Notes: generated by a model not told the origin, from the sequence alone. A DNA stretch of 64,000 bases from an uncultured Bacteroidales bacterium (GCA_964472175.1 CAYYJF010000002.1:13904-77903); one strand, 5' to 3'; positions 25,837 through 35,136 are shown, numbered from the stretch's first letter. Numbers and translations are program-made.

Positions 25837-26712
25837 ATGGGGGAATTTGTCGCGCTACTTGTATCATTCTGTTGGGCTGCAAGTTCTTACGCTTTCGAAA
25901 AAGCCAGCAAAAAAATAGGTTCTGTTCAAGTGAATTTCTTAAGAATGATATTCGCTTTTGTCATGCTTGGAATTTACGGTTTGATTGTCAGGGGGTCTTT
26001 CTTTCCTGATGGCGCTGGAAAAGAGCAATGGCTCTGGCTGTCTATCTCTGGATTTATTGGATTTTTCATTGGCGATTTGTTTCTTTTTCAGGCACTTACG
26101 GTGATCGGTGCTCGATTGACCATGCTTGTGATGACAACATCTCCGGCACTTACAGCCCTGATCGGCTTTTTTCTGTTAAATGAGCGCTTGCAGTTTATAC
26201 AAATTGCAGGAATCCTGTTGATTGTCATAGGAATTATGTTCGCTTTTTCCGGGAAGAAACAATCCGGAAATTCGGGGCATGTCAACCTGAAAGGATTTCT
26301 TTTAGCCTTTGGTGGTGCCTTTGGACAAGCGCTAGGCTTGATTTTTAGTAAAAAAGGCATCGGAGACTATGATCCCTTTGCTGCAACTCAAATTCGGATT
26401 ATTGCAGGATTTGCCTTCTTTTTACTGTTGATGACGTGGTTGAAATCCTGGAAATCTATAGCAAAATCCATTCGTGATGTCACCTCCATGATTCATGTGT
26501 CGGTTGGCTCATTTTTTGGGCCCATGTTGGGCGTTGGTCTTTCCATGGCCGCTATTTCTATGACTGATACAGGCATTGCGTCAGCATTGATGTCTTTAAC
26601 ACCCATTGTTTTGGTCGGTTATTCCATCGCTACGCGCAAGCGGGTTACCTGGATGGAAACTTCTGGAGCCGTTGTTTCTGTGGTTGGGGTGCTCATTTTA
26701 TTTTTAGGTTAG
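25837..26712 (+). CDS. EamA/DMT-superfamily transporter
   Basis: About 291 aa with ten predicted hydrophobic helices in two EamA halves. The TTG at 25831 is an alternative start. Confidence 0.8.
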   Translation: MGEFVALLVSFCWAASSYAFEKASKKIGSVQVNFLRMIFAFVMLGIYGLIVRGSFFPDGAGKEQWLWLSISGFIGFFIGDLFLFQALTVIGARLTMLVMTTSPALTALIGFFLLNERLQFIQIAGILLIVIGIMFAFSGKKQSGNSGHVNLKGFLLAFGGAFGQALGLIFSKKGIGDYDPFAATQIRIIAGFAFFLLLMTWLKSWKSIAKSIRDVTSMIHVSVGSFFGPMLGVGLSMAAISMTDTGIASALMSLTPIVLVGYSIATRKRVTWMETSGAVVSVVGVLILFLG

Positions 26713-26735
26713 AAGGTTTTGGGGCAGTCTTTTTT

Positions 26736-26743
26736 TATATTTG
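26736..26743 (+). promoter_or_regulatory. Candidate -7 promoter box for the SPOR-like lipoprotein gene
   Basis: TATATTTG. The ORF-track TTG start at 26741 is inside the box, and the ATG at 26765 is 22 nt downstream. Confidence 0.45.
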
Positions 26744-26764
26744 CATGACAAAATACCAACACCT

Positions 26765-27232
26765 ATGAAGCAAATTCCTCTGAAATGGATGAGTATCCTG
26801 TTAGTTCTGATGGTTGTATCCTGCAAATCCAACCCGGAAGCCTTTTCTTTGGCTTATCAGAAATTAAAAGACAAGGAGGGACAATTATTGGATGAAAAGG
26901 CCAATGTAACACATGCTGTTCCCATGGAAATCACCTCCAAAGGTGATACCATCCTGAATTTTAAGTCAGAAAAATGGACCACCTTGTTGGCAAACAAATT
27001 GGATGCTTCTACCTATAATGTGGTGGTATTTTCATTTATCAACAGAACCAATGCCAGAAGTTTATATAACAGAATGGTGGAGGAAAAAAGACCGGCGATG
27101 TTGGTACAAAATCAGGACAATTTGTATCGAGTTGTGTTGGCTTCATCCAATAACCCGGATACCATTCAGGTTAAGCTGAATCAACTATTAAATGAATACC
27201 GGAATGCATCCATCGTCAAAAGAGTGGAATGA
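26765..27232 (+). CDS. Small lipoprotein with a C-terminal SPOR-like (peptidoglycan-binding) domain
   Basis: Lipobox in MKQIPLKWMSILLVLMVVSCKSN. The C-terminal YNVVVFSFINRTNARSLYNRMVEE...LYRVVLASSNNPDTIQVKL follows the SPOR beta-alpha-beta-beta pattern. Confidence 0.55.
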   Translation: MKQIPLKWMSILLVLMVVSCKSNPEAFSLAYQKLKDKEGQLLDEKANVTHAVPMEITSKGDTILNFKSEKWTTLLANKLDASTYNVVVFSFINRTNARSLYNRMVEEKRPAMLVQNQDNLYRVVLASSNNPDTIQVKLNQLLNEYRNASIVKRVE

Positions 27233-27233
27233 T

Positions 27234-27737
27234 TTAATCGATGATTTCAGCGAATTCCTCCAAATGAGATTCGATATAGCCGCTTAGCATTTTGGAACAA
27301 TCAGCCTCCATTTCAAAAAACAATTCTTCCAATTCATCGAAGGCTTCATATTGTTCATACATGGCATGAAATGCTTCATCCGTGGTCTCTTTTTCCAGAT
27401 CGGCCTCATTTTCATCGTATATTTCTTTTGCTTTATAGATGATTTTGGCAAGATCGTTTAATCCGAAGAGCTTCAATGATTTTGCAAAGGGGTTCTTGAA
27501 AATATAACCTCCGAAACCGTTTTGTATCAATTGAATGAATCCACCATGCATGACTTCAGTCCTGAAGAAATGGTAGGCAAGCACACTGTGTTGTGTGCCA
27601 TTCAATAGTTGCATGTTTTTTTCATTGAATGTACCTTCAATGGCATTTAAATAGGATTCAATAAAATAATCAAGAAGATTAAGATCTTTATTCTCAATTA
27701 TTTGTGCAATTTTCTTTCTGGATATTTGAATGCTCAT
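27234..27737 (-). CDS. DMP19/DUF4375-like protein
   Basis: 167 aa, acidic. The core EVMHGGFIQLIQNGFGGYIF followed by SLKLFGLNDLAKII resembles the NGGF.Qf..N signature of the DMP19 C-terminal domain family as I remember it. No HMM was run. Confidence 0.45.
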   Translation of the reverse strand: MSIQISRKKIAQIIENKDLNLLDYFIESYLNAIEGTFNEKNMQLLNGTQHSVLAYHFFRTEVMHGGFIQLIQNGFGGYIFKNPFAKSLKLFGLNDLAKIIYKAKEIYDENEADLEKETTDEAFHAMYEQYEAFDELEELFFEMEADCSKMLSGYIESHLEEFAEIID

Positions 27738-27755
27738 TTTGTCTGGGATTTATAA

Positions 27756-27763
27756 CAAAGGTA
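27756..27763 (-). promoter_or_regulatory. Candidate -7 promoter box for the DMP19-like gene
   Basis: Minus strand reads TACCTTTG, 19 nt upstream of the ATG at 27737. Confidence 0.45.
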
Positions 27764-27784
27764 GAAAAAAAGGCTAAAATGTCG

Positions 27785-27792
27785 TATCTTTG
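27785..27792 (+). promoter_or_regulatory. Candidate -7 promoter box for the MBL-fold hydrolase gene
   Basis: TATCTTTG, 17 nt upstream of the ATG at 27809. Confidence 0.45.
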
Positions 27793-27808
27793 TAGCAATA
27801 TATTGAAA

Positions 27809-28615
27809 ATGGATCAATTGCGCTTTTTAAGTTTGGGTAGTGGTAGCAGTGGAAACTGCTACTTCTTTGGAAATGCATTTCAGGGTATTTTGATTGATGC
27901 CGGCATTGGTTCCCGTTTGATGCGGAAATCTTTGAAGCAAATCGGGATAGAAATGAATCAGATTTTGGCTTTGTTTGTAACCCACGACCATCACGATCAC
28001 ATCAAATCTGCTGGTGTATTGTCGGAAAAATTTGGAATTCCTGTATATACAACAAGGAAAACCCACGATGGAATGGACAGAACTTATGGAATGACCCAAA
28101 AGTTGAGCAATGCCAATAAAAGATATTTGGAACATGGTCAATCAACCCAAGTTGGCCCTTTCACTATTGAGTCTTTTCCTTTGTTGCACGATGCAACCGA
28201 TCATTCCGGATATTATGTTCAATATAAGCACCATCTCATTTCCATTGCTACGGATTTGGGGTGTTATGATGCCGCTTTAAAGGACTTTATTCTAAAATCG
28301 AACATCGTATTGCTCGAATCCAATTATGATCCTGATCTTTTGGAAACGGGAAGGTATCCCTATCCGTTAAAAATGCGCATCAAAGGTGAAAAGGGACATT
28401 TGAGCAATCAGGATGCGGGAAATCTGCTTTCTGAATCCTATCACGAAGACCTCAAATATGTTTTTCTGTGCCACTTAAGTGCTGACAACAATCGCCCTGA
28501 ATTGGCCCTGCAAACCATTCATTCCATCCTTGAAAAGAATGGATGTGCAGAAAGCAGGAGGCTGAGTTTGGCGACTTTGAAGCGCGGAGCTTCGGAATTG
28601 GTCTATTTTGAATGA
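27809..28615 (+). CDS. MBL-fold metallo-hydrolase (YycJ/PhnP-like)
   Basis: 268 aa from MDQLRFLSLGSGSSGNCYFF. Metal motif THDHHDH. The ORF-track extension from 27704 overlaps the divergent promoter region. Confidence 0.8.
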   Translation: MDQLRFLSLGSGSSGNCYFFGNAFQGILIDAGIGSRLMRKSLKQIGIEMNQILALFVTHDHHDHIKSAGVLSEKFGIPVYTTRKTHDGMDRTYGMTQKLSNANKRYLEHGQSTQVGPFTIESFPLLHDATDHSGYYVQYKHHLISIATDLGCYDAALKDFILKSNIVLLESNYDPDLLETGRYPYPLKMRIKGEKGHLSNQDAGNLLSESYHEDLKYVFLCHLSADNNRPELALQTIHSILEKNGCAESRRLSLATLKRGASELVYFE

Positions 28616-28655
28616 CAAAAATGAGTGGTGTGCTTGCTGAAACAGAAATATTATC

Positions 28656-28663
28656 TATCTTTG
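28656..28663 (+). promoter_or_regulatory. Candidate -7 promoter box for tRNA-Cys
   Basis: TATCTTTG, 21 nt upstream of the tRNA 5' end. Confidence 0.45.
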
Positions 28664-28683
28664 CAGCCGCTAAACAAAGCAAT

Positions 28684-28754
28684 GGTACCTTGGCCGAGCG
28701 GTTAGGCACCGGTCTGCAAAACCGTCTACAGCAGTTCGAATCTGCTAGGTACCT
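28684..28754 (+). tRNA. tRNA-Cys (anticodon GCA)
   Basis: I folded this 71-nt sequence by hand. Acceptor GGTACCT/AGGTACC, anticodon loop CTGCAAA, T-arm AGCAG-TTCGAAT-CTGCT, 4-nt variable loop, and the discriminator U73 typical of tRNA-Cys. No encoded CCA. Confidence 0.9.
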
Positions 28755-28759
28755 CTTAT

Positions 28760-28793
28760 AAGGTTGTCCGTTAAGGGCAACCTTTATTTGTTT
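28760..28793 (+). terminator. Rho-independent terminator after tRNA-Cys
   Basis: 10-bp stem AAGGTTGTCC/GGGCAACCTT, loop GTTAA, followed by TATTTGTTT. Confidence 0.55.
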
Positions 28794-28810
28794 CATTTAA
28801 AATCAGAAAA

Positions 28811-29743
28811 ATGAAAAATCTGACTTTTGGCATCATTGGAACAGGAGCATTGGGAGGCTATTACGGAGGTCTCCTGGCTAAATCCGGAAAAGATGTACAC
28901 TTTCTTCTGAAATCCGATTATCAATGGGTAAAAGAACACGGACTCAGGGTTGATTCTGTGAATGGAAATTTCACTTTGCTCAATATTCCTGTCTATCAAC
29001 ATACATCCGAAATGCCCAAATGCGATGTTGTATTGGTCTGTCTAAAGACCACGAGCGAATCCCTTTTACCCGCATTGTTGAATCCCATTGTTCAAAAAGG
29101 AACAACGATTGTCTTTATTCAAAATGGACTGGAAAATGAAAAAATGGCATCGGCCTTGTTCCCTGATTGTCATTTGGTTGCGGGTTTAGGCTTTATCTGT
29201 TCCAGAAAAGTAGGACCGGGGCACATTGAACATTTGGATTATGGTAAGCTCACCCTGGCCATGTATGATTCAAAAAACAAAATGGTCCTGGAACGTATTC
29301 AATCTGCTTTTGAATCCTCTGATATTCAGGTTGAACTGTCTGAAAATTTGGAGCTGGCCAGATGGAAAAAATTGGTATGGAACATCCCATATAATGGTTT
29401 GAGTGTAGTTTTGAATGCGACAACCAAAGAAATGATGGAAGATGAACAGACCAAAAATCTGATTTACGACATCATGCTGGAAGTTATTGGAGCCGCGAAT
29501 GCTTGCGGTTGCAGGATTGAAGAAAAATTTGCCGATAAAATGCTTGCTTCAACCATGCAAATGAAACCTTATGCACCAAGTATGAAGTTGGATTATGATT
29601 TCAACAGGCCTATGGAAATTCATGCCATTTATGAAAGACCCATCATGGCAGCGCTCAAAGCGTCTTTCAAAATGCATAAAACAGAGGTGGTTATGAATCA
29701 GTTGCATTTTCTGCAAAACGTGAAAAAAAAGAGACTCACCTGA
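28811..29743 (+). CDS. panE: 2-dehydropantoate 2-reductase
   Basis: 310 aa. The N-terminal Rossmann sequence FGIIGTGALGGYYGGLLAKSG and the ApbA/PanE C-terminal domain (ARWKKLVWNIPYNGLSV). Confidence 0.85.
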   Translation: MKNLTFGIIGTGALGGYYGGLLAKSGKDVHFLLKSDYQWVKEHGLRVDSVNGNFTLLNIPVYQHTSEMPKCDVVLVCLKTTSESLLPALLNPIVQKGTTIVFIQNGLENEKMASALFPDCHLVAGLGFICSRKVGPGHIEHLDYGKLTLAMYDSKNKMVLERIQSAFESSDIQVELSENLELARWKKLVWNIPYNGLSVVLNATTKEMMEDEQTKNLIYDIMLEVIGAANACGCRIEEKFADKMLASTMQMKPYAPSMKLDYDFNRPMEIHAIYERPIMAALKASFKMHKTEVVMNQLHFLQNVKKKRLT

Positions 29744-29757
29744 AAGGTAAGTCTCTT
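29723..29757 (-). terminator. Rho-independent terminator of tRNA-Ser, embedded in the last codons of panE
   Basis: Minus strand reads AGAGACTTACC-TTTCA-GGTGAGTCTCT followed by T8. The panE TGA (29741-29743) sits in the loop. Confidence 0.6.
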
Positions 29758-29759
29758 TG

Positions 29760-29846
29760 CGGAAGGAGGGGGATTCGAACCCCCGGTACCCTTACGAGTA
29801 CGTCAGTTTAGCAAACTGGTGGTTTCAGCCACTCACCCATCCTTCC
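29760..29846 (-). tRNA. tRNA-Ser (anticodon GCT)
   Basis: I folded this 87-nt sequence by hand. Acceptor GGAAGGA/TCCTTCC, anticodon loop TTGCTAA, long variable arm (GTAC...GTAC), T-arm GGGGG-TTCGAAT-CCCCC, discriminator G. Confidence 0.9.
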
Positions 29847-29875
29847 GGATGCAAAGCTGAATCTCAATTGCGGTG

Positions 29876-29883
29876 CAAAGTTA
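29876..29883 (-). promoter_or_regulatory. Candidate -7 promoter box for tRNA-Ser
   Basis: Minus strand reads TAACTTTG, 30 nt upstream of the tRNA 5' end. Confidence 0.4.
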
Positions 29884-29937
29884 GAAAAGTCTTTTTACTC
29901 TCCAAATATTCATAGGTGATAATTCCGAAAAAACTGC

Positions 29938-29945
29938 TACTTTTG
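29938..29945 (+). promoter_or_regulatory. Candidate -7 promoter box for the mltG-led array
   Basis: TACTTTTG. The ORF-track ATG at 29948 is only 3 nt downstream, while the ATG at 29966 is 21 nt downstream. Confidence 0.45.
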
Positions 29946-29965
29946 GAATGCATAAAACAAATTTT

Positions 29966-30994
29966 ATGAAAAAAAATATTCAAAATAGATTGCTTTATAT
30001 CATTGGTATTGGTGTCGTTTTGGTCTGTGTTTTTGTTTCCGGACTGATGTTTTCGTCTCTTTTAAACATTGAAAAGTCCGTTGATTTTAAAATATTCCCG
30101 AATCAATCGGTCGAAGTCGTTGTTCAGAATTTAGAAAATCAAGGACGAATCAAGCATAAAAAATGGCTGCGATTTATGTTGAATGTGGTTGATTATAAGG
30201 ATCGTGTACATCCTGGTTTGTATGAACTGAAACCGGGAATGTCCAATTTTCAATTGATTAGAAGGTTGCGTTCCGGATTGCAGACACCAGTGAAATTGAC
30301 CTTCAATAATGTTCGAACCATAGAAGAGCTAGCCGGGAAATTTTCAAGACAACTTATGGCGGATTCAACGGCGTTTTTAACCAGTTTTCAGGATTCCATG
30401 TGGTTGGATTCAATGAAGTTTACTCCCAATAATGCTGTATGTATTTTCATCCCGGATACTTATGAGGTTTGGTGGAACATCAATCCGGAAAAACTTAGAA
30501 ATAAATTTGTGGATTCCTGGACTTATTTTTGGAATGATAAGAGAAAAGAAGAGGCAAGCAGAATCAAGTTGTCGCCTGTTGAAGTAAGCATCTTGGCTTC
30601 AATCGTTGAAGAGGAAACAAAAAAGGTCGATGAAATGCCAAAAGTTGCTGGTCTATATTTGAACAGATTGCGCATAGAAATGCCCCTTCAGGCCGATCCA
30701 ACGGTTAAATTTGCTGTTGGTGATTTCACGATTAGAAGGATTCTTTTGGAGCATACCCGTATTCAATCGCCATACAATACCTACCTAAATATTGGATTGC
30801 CCCCGGGGCCTATCCGTTTGCCTTCAAAAGTAGCCATTGAGGCTACCTTACAGGCCATGCGACATACATACATTTATATGTGTGCAAAAGATGATTTCTC
30901 TGGTTATCACGCCTTTGCGACGACTTATCAGCAGCATCAAAACAATGCTGTCAAGTATCGGCAGGCTTTGAACAAGCGAGGTATCATGAACTAG
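29966..30994 (+). CDS. mltG: Endolytic murein transglycosylase MltG (YceG family)
   Basis: N-terminal TM helix plus the YceG core (LASIVEEETKK...LQADPTVKF...YNTYLNIGLPPGPI). Confidence 0.88.
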   Translation: MKKNIQNRLLYIIGIGVVLVCVFVSGLMFSSLLNIEKSVDFKIFPNQSVEVVVQNLENQGRIKHKKWLRFMLNVVDYKDRVHPGLYELKPGMSNFQLIRRLRSGLQTPVKLTFNNVRTIEELAGKFSRQLMADSTAFLTSFQDSMWLDSMKFTPNNAVCIFIPDTYEVWWNINPEKLRNKFVDSWTYFWNDKRKEEASRIKLSPVEVSILASIVEEETKKVDEMPKVAGLYLNRLRIEMPLQADPTVKFAVGDFTIRRILLEHTRIQSPYNTYLNIGLPPGPIRLPSKVAIEATLQAMRHTYIYMCAKDDFSGYHAFATTYQQHQNNAVKYRQALNKRGIMN

Positions 30995-31024
30995 TATTCA
31001 ATCAATTAAGCGAAATATATTTTT

Positions 31025-32614
31025 ATGGATAAAATGCTTTTACTTGGAGATGAGGCAATCGCACAAGCGGCCATGGATGCCGGTTTGTCCGGTGTATATG
31101 CCTATCCTGGTACACCCTCAACTGAAATTACCGAATATATACAACATTCGGCAGATTCGAAAAAGAAACAAATTCATTGCAGATGGTCTACCAATGAAAA
31201 AACGGCGATGGAAGCGGCATTAGGGATGTCTTTTGCCGGAAAAAGAGCGATGGTTTGCATGAAGCATGTGGGCTTGAATGTTGCAGCTGATGCGTTTATG
31301 AATGCCGCTGTAACGGGCGTTGTTGGTGGATTGGTTGTTGTAAGTGCGGATGATCCTTCCATGCATTCTTCACAGAATGAACAAGATTCAAGGTTTTTCG
31401 GTCAATTCGCCATGATTCCGATTTTAGAACCATCCAATCAACAAGAAGCATACGATATGACTTATGCGGCTTTTGAAATGTCTGAACGATTGGAAATCCC
31501 GGTCATGTTGCGCATCACCACCCGATTGGCGCATTCCAGATCAGGTATTGTCAGATATCAGGAAAAAGAACAAAACGAGATTCGATTTTCAACCAATTTA
31601 AGGCAGTTTGTCTTGTTGCCGGCCAATGCAAGGGTTCAGTATCAAAAATTGCTCGATTTACAGCCTGTATTTGTTGGCGAATCGGAAAAATCAGCCTACA
31701 ATCAATTTTTTCCCGGAAAGGATAATAAATATGGGATCATCGCATCCGGTATTGCATTCAATTATTTGATGGAGAATTTTCCGACGGGATGCGAATATCC
31801 AGTCTTAAAAATTGGTCAATATCCGCTTCCTGAATCAGCATTGCAAAAAATGGCAGAAAGTTGCGATGAATTGGTTGTTATCGAAGAAGGATACCCTTTG
31901 ATTGAAGCTTATTTATTGGGTTTGAAAGGATATGGTTTAAAAGTTTTGGGACGTTTATCCGGATTTTTACCAAGATCTGGTGAATTAAACCCGGATATTG
32001 TTGGTGCTGCATTTGGATTGTCAATGCCCAAATTGAACTCAATTTCAGAAGTTATAAAAAACAGACCACCATCCTTGTGCGTGGGTTGCGGACACCGCGA
32101 TTTATACGATGTGCTGAATATGGCTGTGGCTGAAAAAGGCGATACTTGTAAAGTTTTTGGTGACATTGGATGTTATACCCTGGGTTATCTTCCACCATTT
32201 AAAGCCATTCATACTTGTGTGGATATGGGCGCCTCGATCACCATGGCAAAGGGAGCCGCAGACGCTGGTCTGGAATATGCCGTTGCCATCATCGGTGATT
32301 CTACTTTTACACACTCAGGAATGACCTCTTTGCTTGATGCAATCAATGAAAATTCGCCCATTACGGTGATTATCTCGGACAACGAAACTACCGGTATGAC
32401 AGGTGGACAGGATTCTGCAGGAACAGGTAAATTGGAAGCCATTTGTCTGGGTCTGGGGGTTCATCCGGATCATTTGAAGGTCTTGGTTCCATTGAAGAAA
32501 AACCATTCAGAAATGTTGGAAGTGATTAAAGGAGAGATGGAATATAGAGGCACTTCTGTGATAATTCCCAGACGTGAATGTATTCAAACATTGGCAAGAA
32601 AAAGAAAAAAATAA
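31025..32614 (+). CDS. iorA: Indolepyruvate:ferredoxin oxidoreductase alpha subunit (TPP-dependent, short Bacteroidota form)
   Basis: 529 aa. N-terminal LLGDEAIAQAAMDAGLSGVYAYPGTPSTEI, the TPP-binding region GDIGCYTLG...GDSTFTHSG and the CVGCGHR motif. Confidence 0.85.
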   Translation: MDKMLLLGDEAIAQAAMDAGLSGVYAYPGTPSTEITEYIQHSADSKKKQIHCRWSTNEKTAMEAALGMSFAGKRAMVCMKHVGLNVAADAFMNAAVTGVVGGLVVVSADDPSMHSSQNEQDSRFFGQFAMIPILEPSNQQEAYDMTYAAFEMSERLEIPVMLRITTRLAHSRSGIVRYQEKEQNEIRFSTNLRQFVLLPANARVQYQKLLDLQPVFVGESEKSAYNQFFPGKDNKYGIIASGIAFNYLMENFPTGCEYPVLKIGQYPLPESALQKMAESCDELVVIEEGYPLIEAYLLGLKGYGLKVLGRLSGFLPRSGELNPDIVGAAFGLSMPKLNSISEVIKNRPPSLCVGCGHRDLYDVLNMAVAEKGDTCKVFGDIGCYTLGYLPPFKAIHTCVDMGASITMAKGAADAGLEYAVAIIGDSTFTHSGMTSLLDAINENSPITVIISDNETTGMTGGQDSAGTGKLEAICLGLGVHPDHLKVLVPLKKNHSEMLEVIKGEMEYRGTSVIIPRRECIQTLARKRKK

Positions 32615-33204
32615 TGAAAACAGATATTATCTTAGCCGGTGTCGGAGGACAGGGCATTTTATCAATAGCGACAGTTATTGGAGAAGCAGCTCTTCACGAA
32701 GGTTTGCTCATGAAACAATCTGAAGTTCATGGCATGAGCCAACGTGGTGGAGATGTTCAATCGCATTTGCGTATTTCTGATCAGACCATCTATTCAGATT
32801 TGATTCCTATGGGTAAAGCCGATTTGATACTGGCATTAGAACCCATGGAAGCATTGCGCTATTTGCCGTATTTATCACCCAATGGCTGGCTGGTGACCAA
32901 TATCAATCCAATCAAAAACATTCCGGATTATCCGGAATTGGAGCAAATACATGTTGCATTGAATCGTATTGATCGAAAGGTTGTTTTACATGTGGATGAA
33001 ATTGCTCAGGAAATGGGTTCTATTCGTTCAGCAAATATGGTACTTTTGGGTGCAGCAACCCCTTTTTTAAAAATGCATTACGAAAACATTCAAGATGGCA
33101 TCAGACGCATTTTTCAAAGAAAAGGAGACGAAATTGTGAATATGAATTTATCCGCGCTTGAAATGGGAAGAAAGGTATCGAATACCAGCATTCAGGGCAT
33201 ATAA
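32614..33204 (+). CDS. iorB: Indolepyruvate oxidoreductase beta subunit
   Basis: MKTDIILAGVGGQGILS...SEVHGMSQRGGDV is typical of the gamma-domain subunit. The ATG at 32614 overlaps the iorA TAA (TAATG). The ORF-track extension from 32578 was discarded. Confidence 0.85.
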   Translation: MKTDIILAGVGGQGILSIATVIGEAALHEGLLMKQSEVHGMSQRGGDVQSHLRISDQTIYSDLIPMGKADLILALEPMEALRYLPYLSPNGWLVTNINPIKNIPDYPELEQIHVALNRIDRKVVLHVDEIAQEMGSIRSANMVLLGAATPFLKMHYENIQDGIRRIFQRKGDEIVNMNLSALEMGRKVSNTSIQGI

Positions 33205-33213
33205 TATAATTTC

Positions 33214-35130
33214 ATGACCATGACAGACAGACGAACCATCATTGATCTTTTCAACGAAAGTGTCGAGAAGTATTCCCGGAAACCCTTTTTGTGGGAGAAA
33301 TCAACGAAGTATAAGTCGACCTCTTATCAGGAAACACTTAAGAAGGTGCAACTGGCAGCTGCCGGTTTTTTGTCATTGGGCTTGGAAAAGCAGCAACGTT
33401 TGTCCTTATTGTCCGAAGGATGTAGTGATTGGATTATTGCTGAATTGGCCATGCTGTATGCGGGTGGAGTGAATGTTCCGCTGTCTGTTAAGTTAGTGGA
33501 GGCCAATGATTTGCGTTTTAGAATCAACCATTCCGAAGCGAAAATTATCGTGACTTCCCTGACTCAATTGCATAAAATCCGTTTCATCAAGTCGGACTTG
33601 AAGTCAGTGAAAAAAATTGTGGTTTTTGGGGCTAAGGAATCTGATTTGGAATGGAACGAAATTTCTTTCGATGCTTTGATGGAGCTGGGCAAAATATATT
33701 TGGTATCGTATCCGGATTCTGTCAATGTCATGTCTCAATCCATCCAAAATGACGACATGGCAAATATAACCTACACTTCTGGTACAACAACTGATCCCAA
33801 AGGTGTCATGTTGACACATCGGAATTTCACTGCCAATGTAGAACAGTGTTTGTCGGTGATGAATATCCCCGATGGATTCAGAACTTTGTTGATACTTCCA
33901 CTAGACCACTGTTTCGCCCATGTCACTGGTCTTTACACCTTTATGTCAATTGGTGGTAGTTTGGCCACGGTGCCCGTTGGTAAAACATTTATAGAAAACA
34001 TTCGAAACATTCCGGTTGCCATCAATGAATTTCAACCCCAAGTCATAATGACGGTGCCGGCTCTGGCAAAGACATTTAAAAACAATGTGGAAAAAAGCAT
34101 TCGTGAAAAGGGTGTTGCCACGGAATGGCTGTTTAAATGTGCGGTACAGATCAACATGGCTTATTATAAGGAGGGTTGGAACAAAGGCACGAAAGGCAGT
34201 TGGATTCTCAAGCCAATCGTGAAAGCTTTTGACTCCATGTTATTCTCTAAGTTGCGTGCTTCTTTGGGCGGAAAACTAGAATTTTTTGTTGACGGTGGAG
34301 CTTATCTGGATACGGAAATGCAAAAATTCTGGTACGCTGTGGGTCTACCCATGTATCAGGGTTATGGATTGTCGGAGGCAACTCCGGTGATCTCATGCAA
34401 TATGAAAGAAAAGCATAAATTGGGTACCTCAGGACAATTGGTTTCAAATTTGGAATTGTGTATTCGTGATGAGGCCGGTAACGCGCTTCCTGTAGGTTCA
34501 AAAGGTGAAATAACGGTGAAAGGAGAAAACGTAATGAAAGGTTATTGGAAAAACCCGGAAGCCACAGCCGAAACCGTCAAAGATGGTTGGCTGTACACAG
34601 GCGATTTGGGCTGTATAGACCAAGATGGCTTTCTGAATGTATTTGGCAGATCAAAATCTCTTCTAATCGGGAATGACGGCGAAAAGTACAGTCCGGAAGG
34701 TATAGAGGAAACCATCACCACACTCTATCCGATGATTCAACAGATTATGTTGTACAACAATCAGCATCCATATACCGTGGCTTTGGTTTATCCCAACAAA
34801 GAACAAATGCTACGCATACGTCCCGATGCCATCCATGGAAAGGAAGCCAGAGAAGCCCTGTTGTATGCAATTTCCAATGTGTTTGCCGATTTTAGAAAAG
34901 GCGGCAAACATGAAACTTTGTTTCCAGAACGCTGGTTGCCATCAGCCTTTGCCATCATTTCAGACGGATTCAATGAATCAAATGGCATGTTGAATAGCAC
35001 CTTAAAGCTCGTAAGAGGAAAGGTGGAAAAAGGACACAAATCTACCCTGGATTTTTTGTATTCACCAGAAGGAAAGAAAGTTGTTAATGAATTGAATATT
35101 AGAGAAATTGAAAAAACAATTTCAAAATAA
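33214..35130 (+). CDS. AMP-forming (long-chain) acyl-CoA ligase, ANL superfamily
   Basis: 638 aa. AMP-binding motifs ITYTSGTTTDPKGVMLTH, YGLSE and GWLYTGDLG. Separated by a 9-nt gap from iorB. Confidence 0.8.
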   Translation: MTMTDRRTIIDLFNESVEKYSRKPFLWEKSTKYKSTSYQETLKKVQLAAAGFLSLGLEKQQRLSLLSEGCSDWIIAELAMLYAGGVNVPLSVKLVEANDLRFRINHSEAKIIVTSLTQLHKIRFIKSDLKSVKKIVVFGAKESDLEWNEISFDALMELGKIYLVSYPDSVNVMSQSIQNDDMANITYTSGTTTDPKGVMLTHRNFTANVEQCLSVMNIPDGFRTLLILPLDHCFAHVTGLYTFMSIGGSLATVPVGKTFIENIRNIPVAINEFQPQVIMTVPALAKTFKNNVEKSIREKGVATEWLFKCAVQINMAYYKEGWNKGTKGSWILKPIVKAFDSMLFSKLRASLGGKLEFFVDGGAYLDTEMQKFWYAVGLPMYQGYGLSEATPVISCNMKEKHKLGTSGQLVSNLELCIRDEAGNALPVGSKGEITVKGENVMKGYWKNPEATAETVKDGWLYTGDLGCIDQDGFLNVFGRSKSLLIGNDGEKYSPEGIEETITTLYPMIQQIMLYNNQHPYTVALVYPNKEQMLRIRPDAIHGKEAREALLYAISNVFADFRKGGKHETLFPERWLPSAFAIISDGFNESNGMLNSTLKLVRGKVEKGHKSTLDFLYSPEGKKVVNELNIREIEKTISK

Positions 35131-35136
35131 GACCCA

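Noticed and set aside
28452-28796. 114-aa ORF on the minus strand.
   Set aside because: It is antisense to the 3' end of the MBL hydrolase gene and to tRNA-Cys and its terminator, with no supporting motif.
28684-29846. Convergent tRNA-Cys and tRNA-Ser bracketing a short segment, considered as a possible tRNA-targeted genomic islet.
   Set aside because: The only gene between them is panE, a core pantothenate gene. There is no integrase and no duplicated tRNA 3' end (att-like direct repeat). Each tRNA has its own promoter box and terminator.
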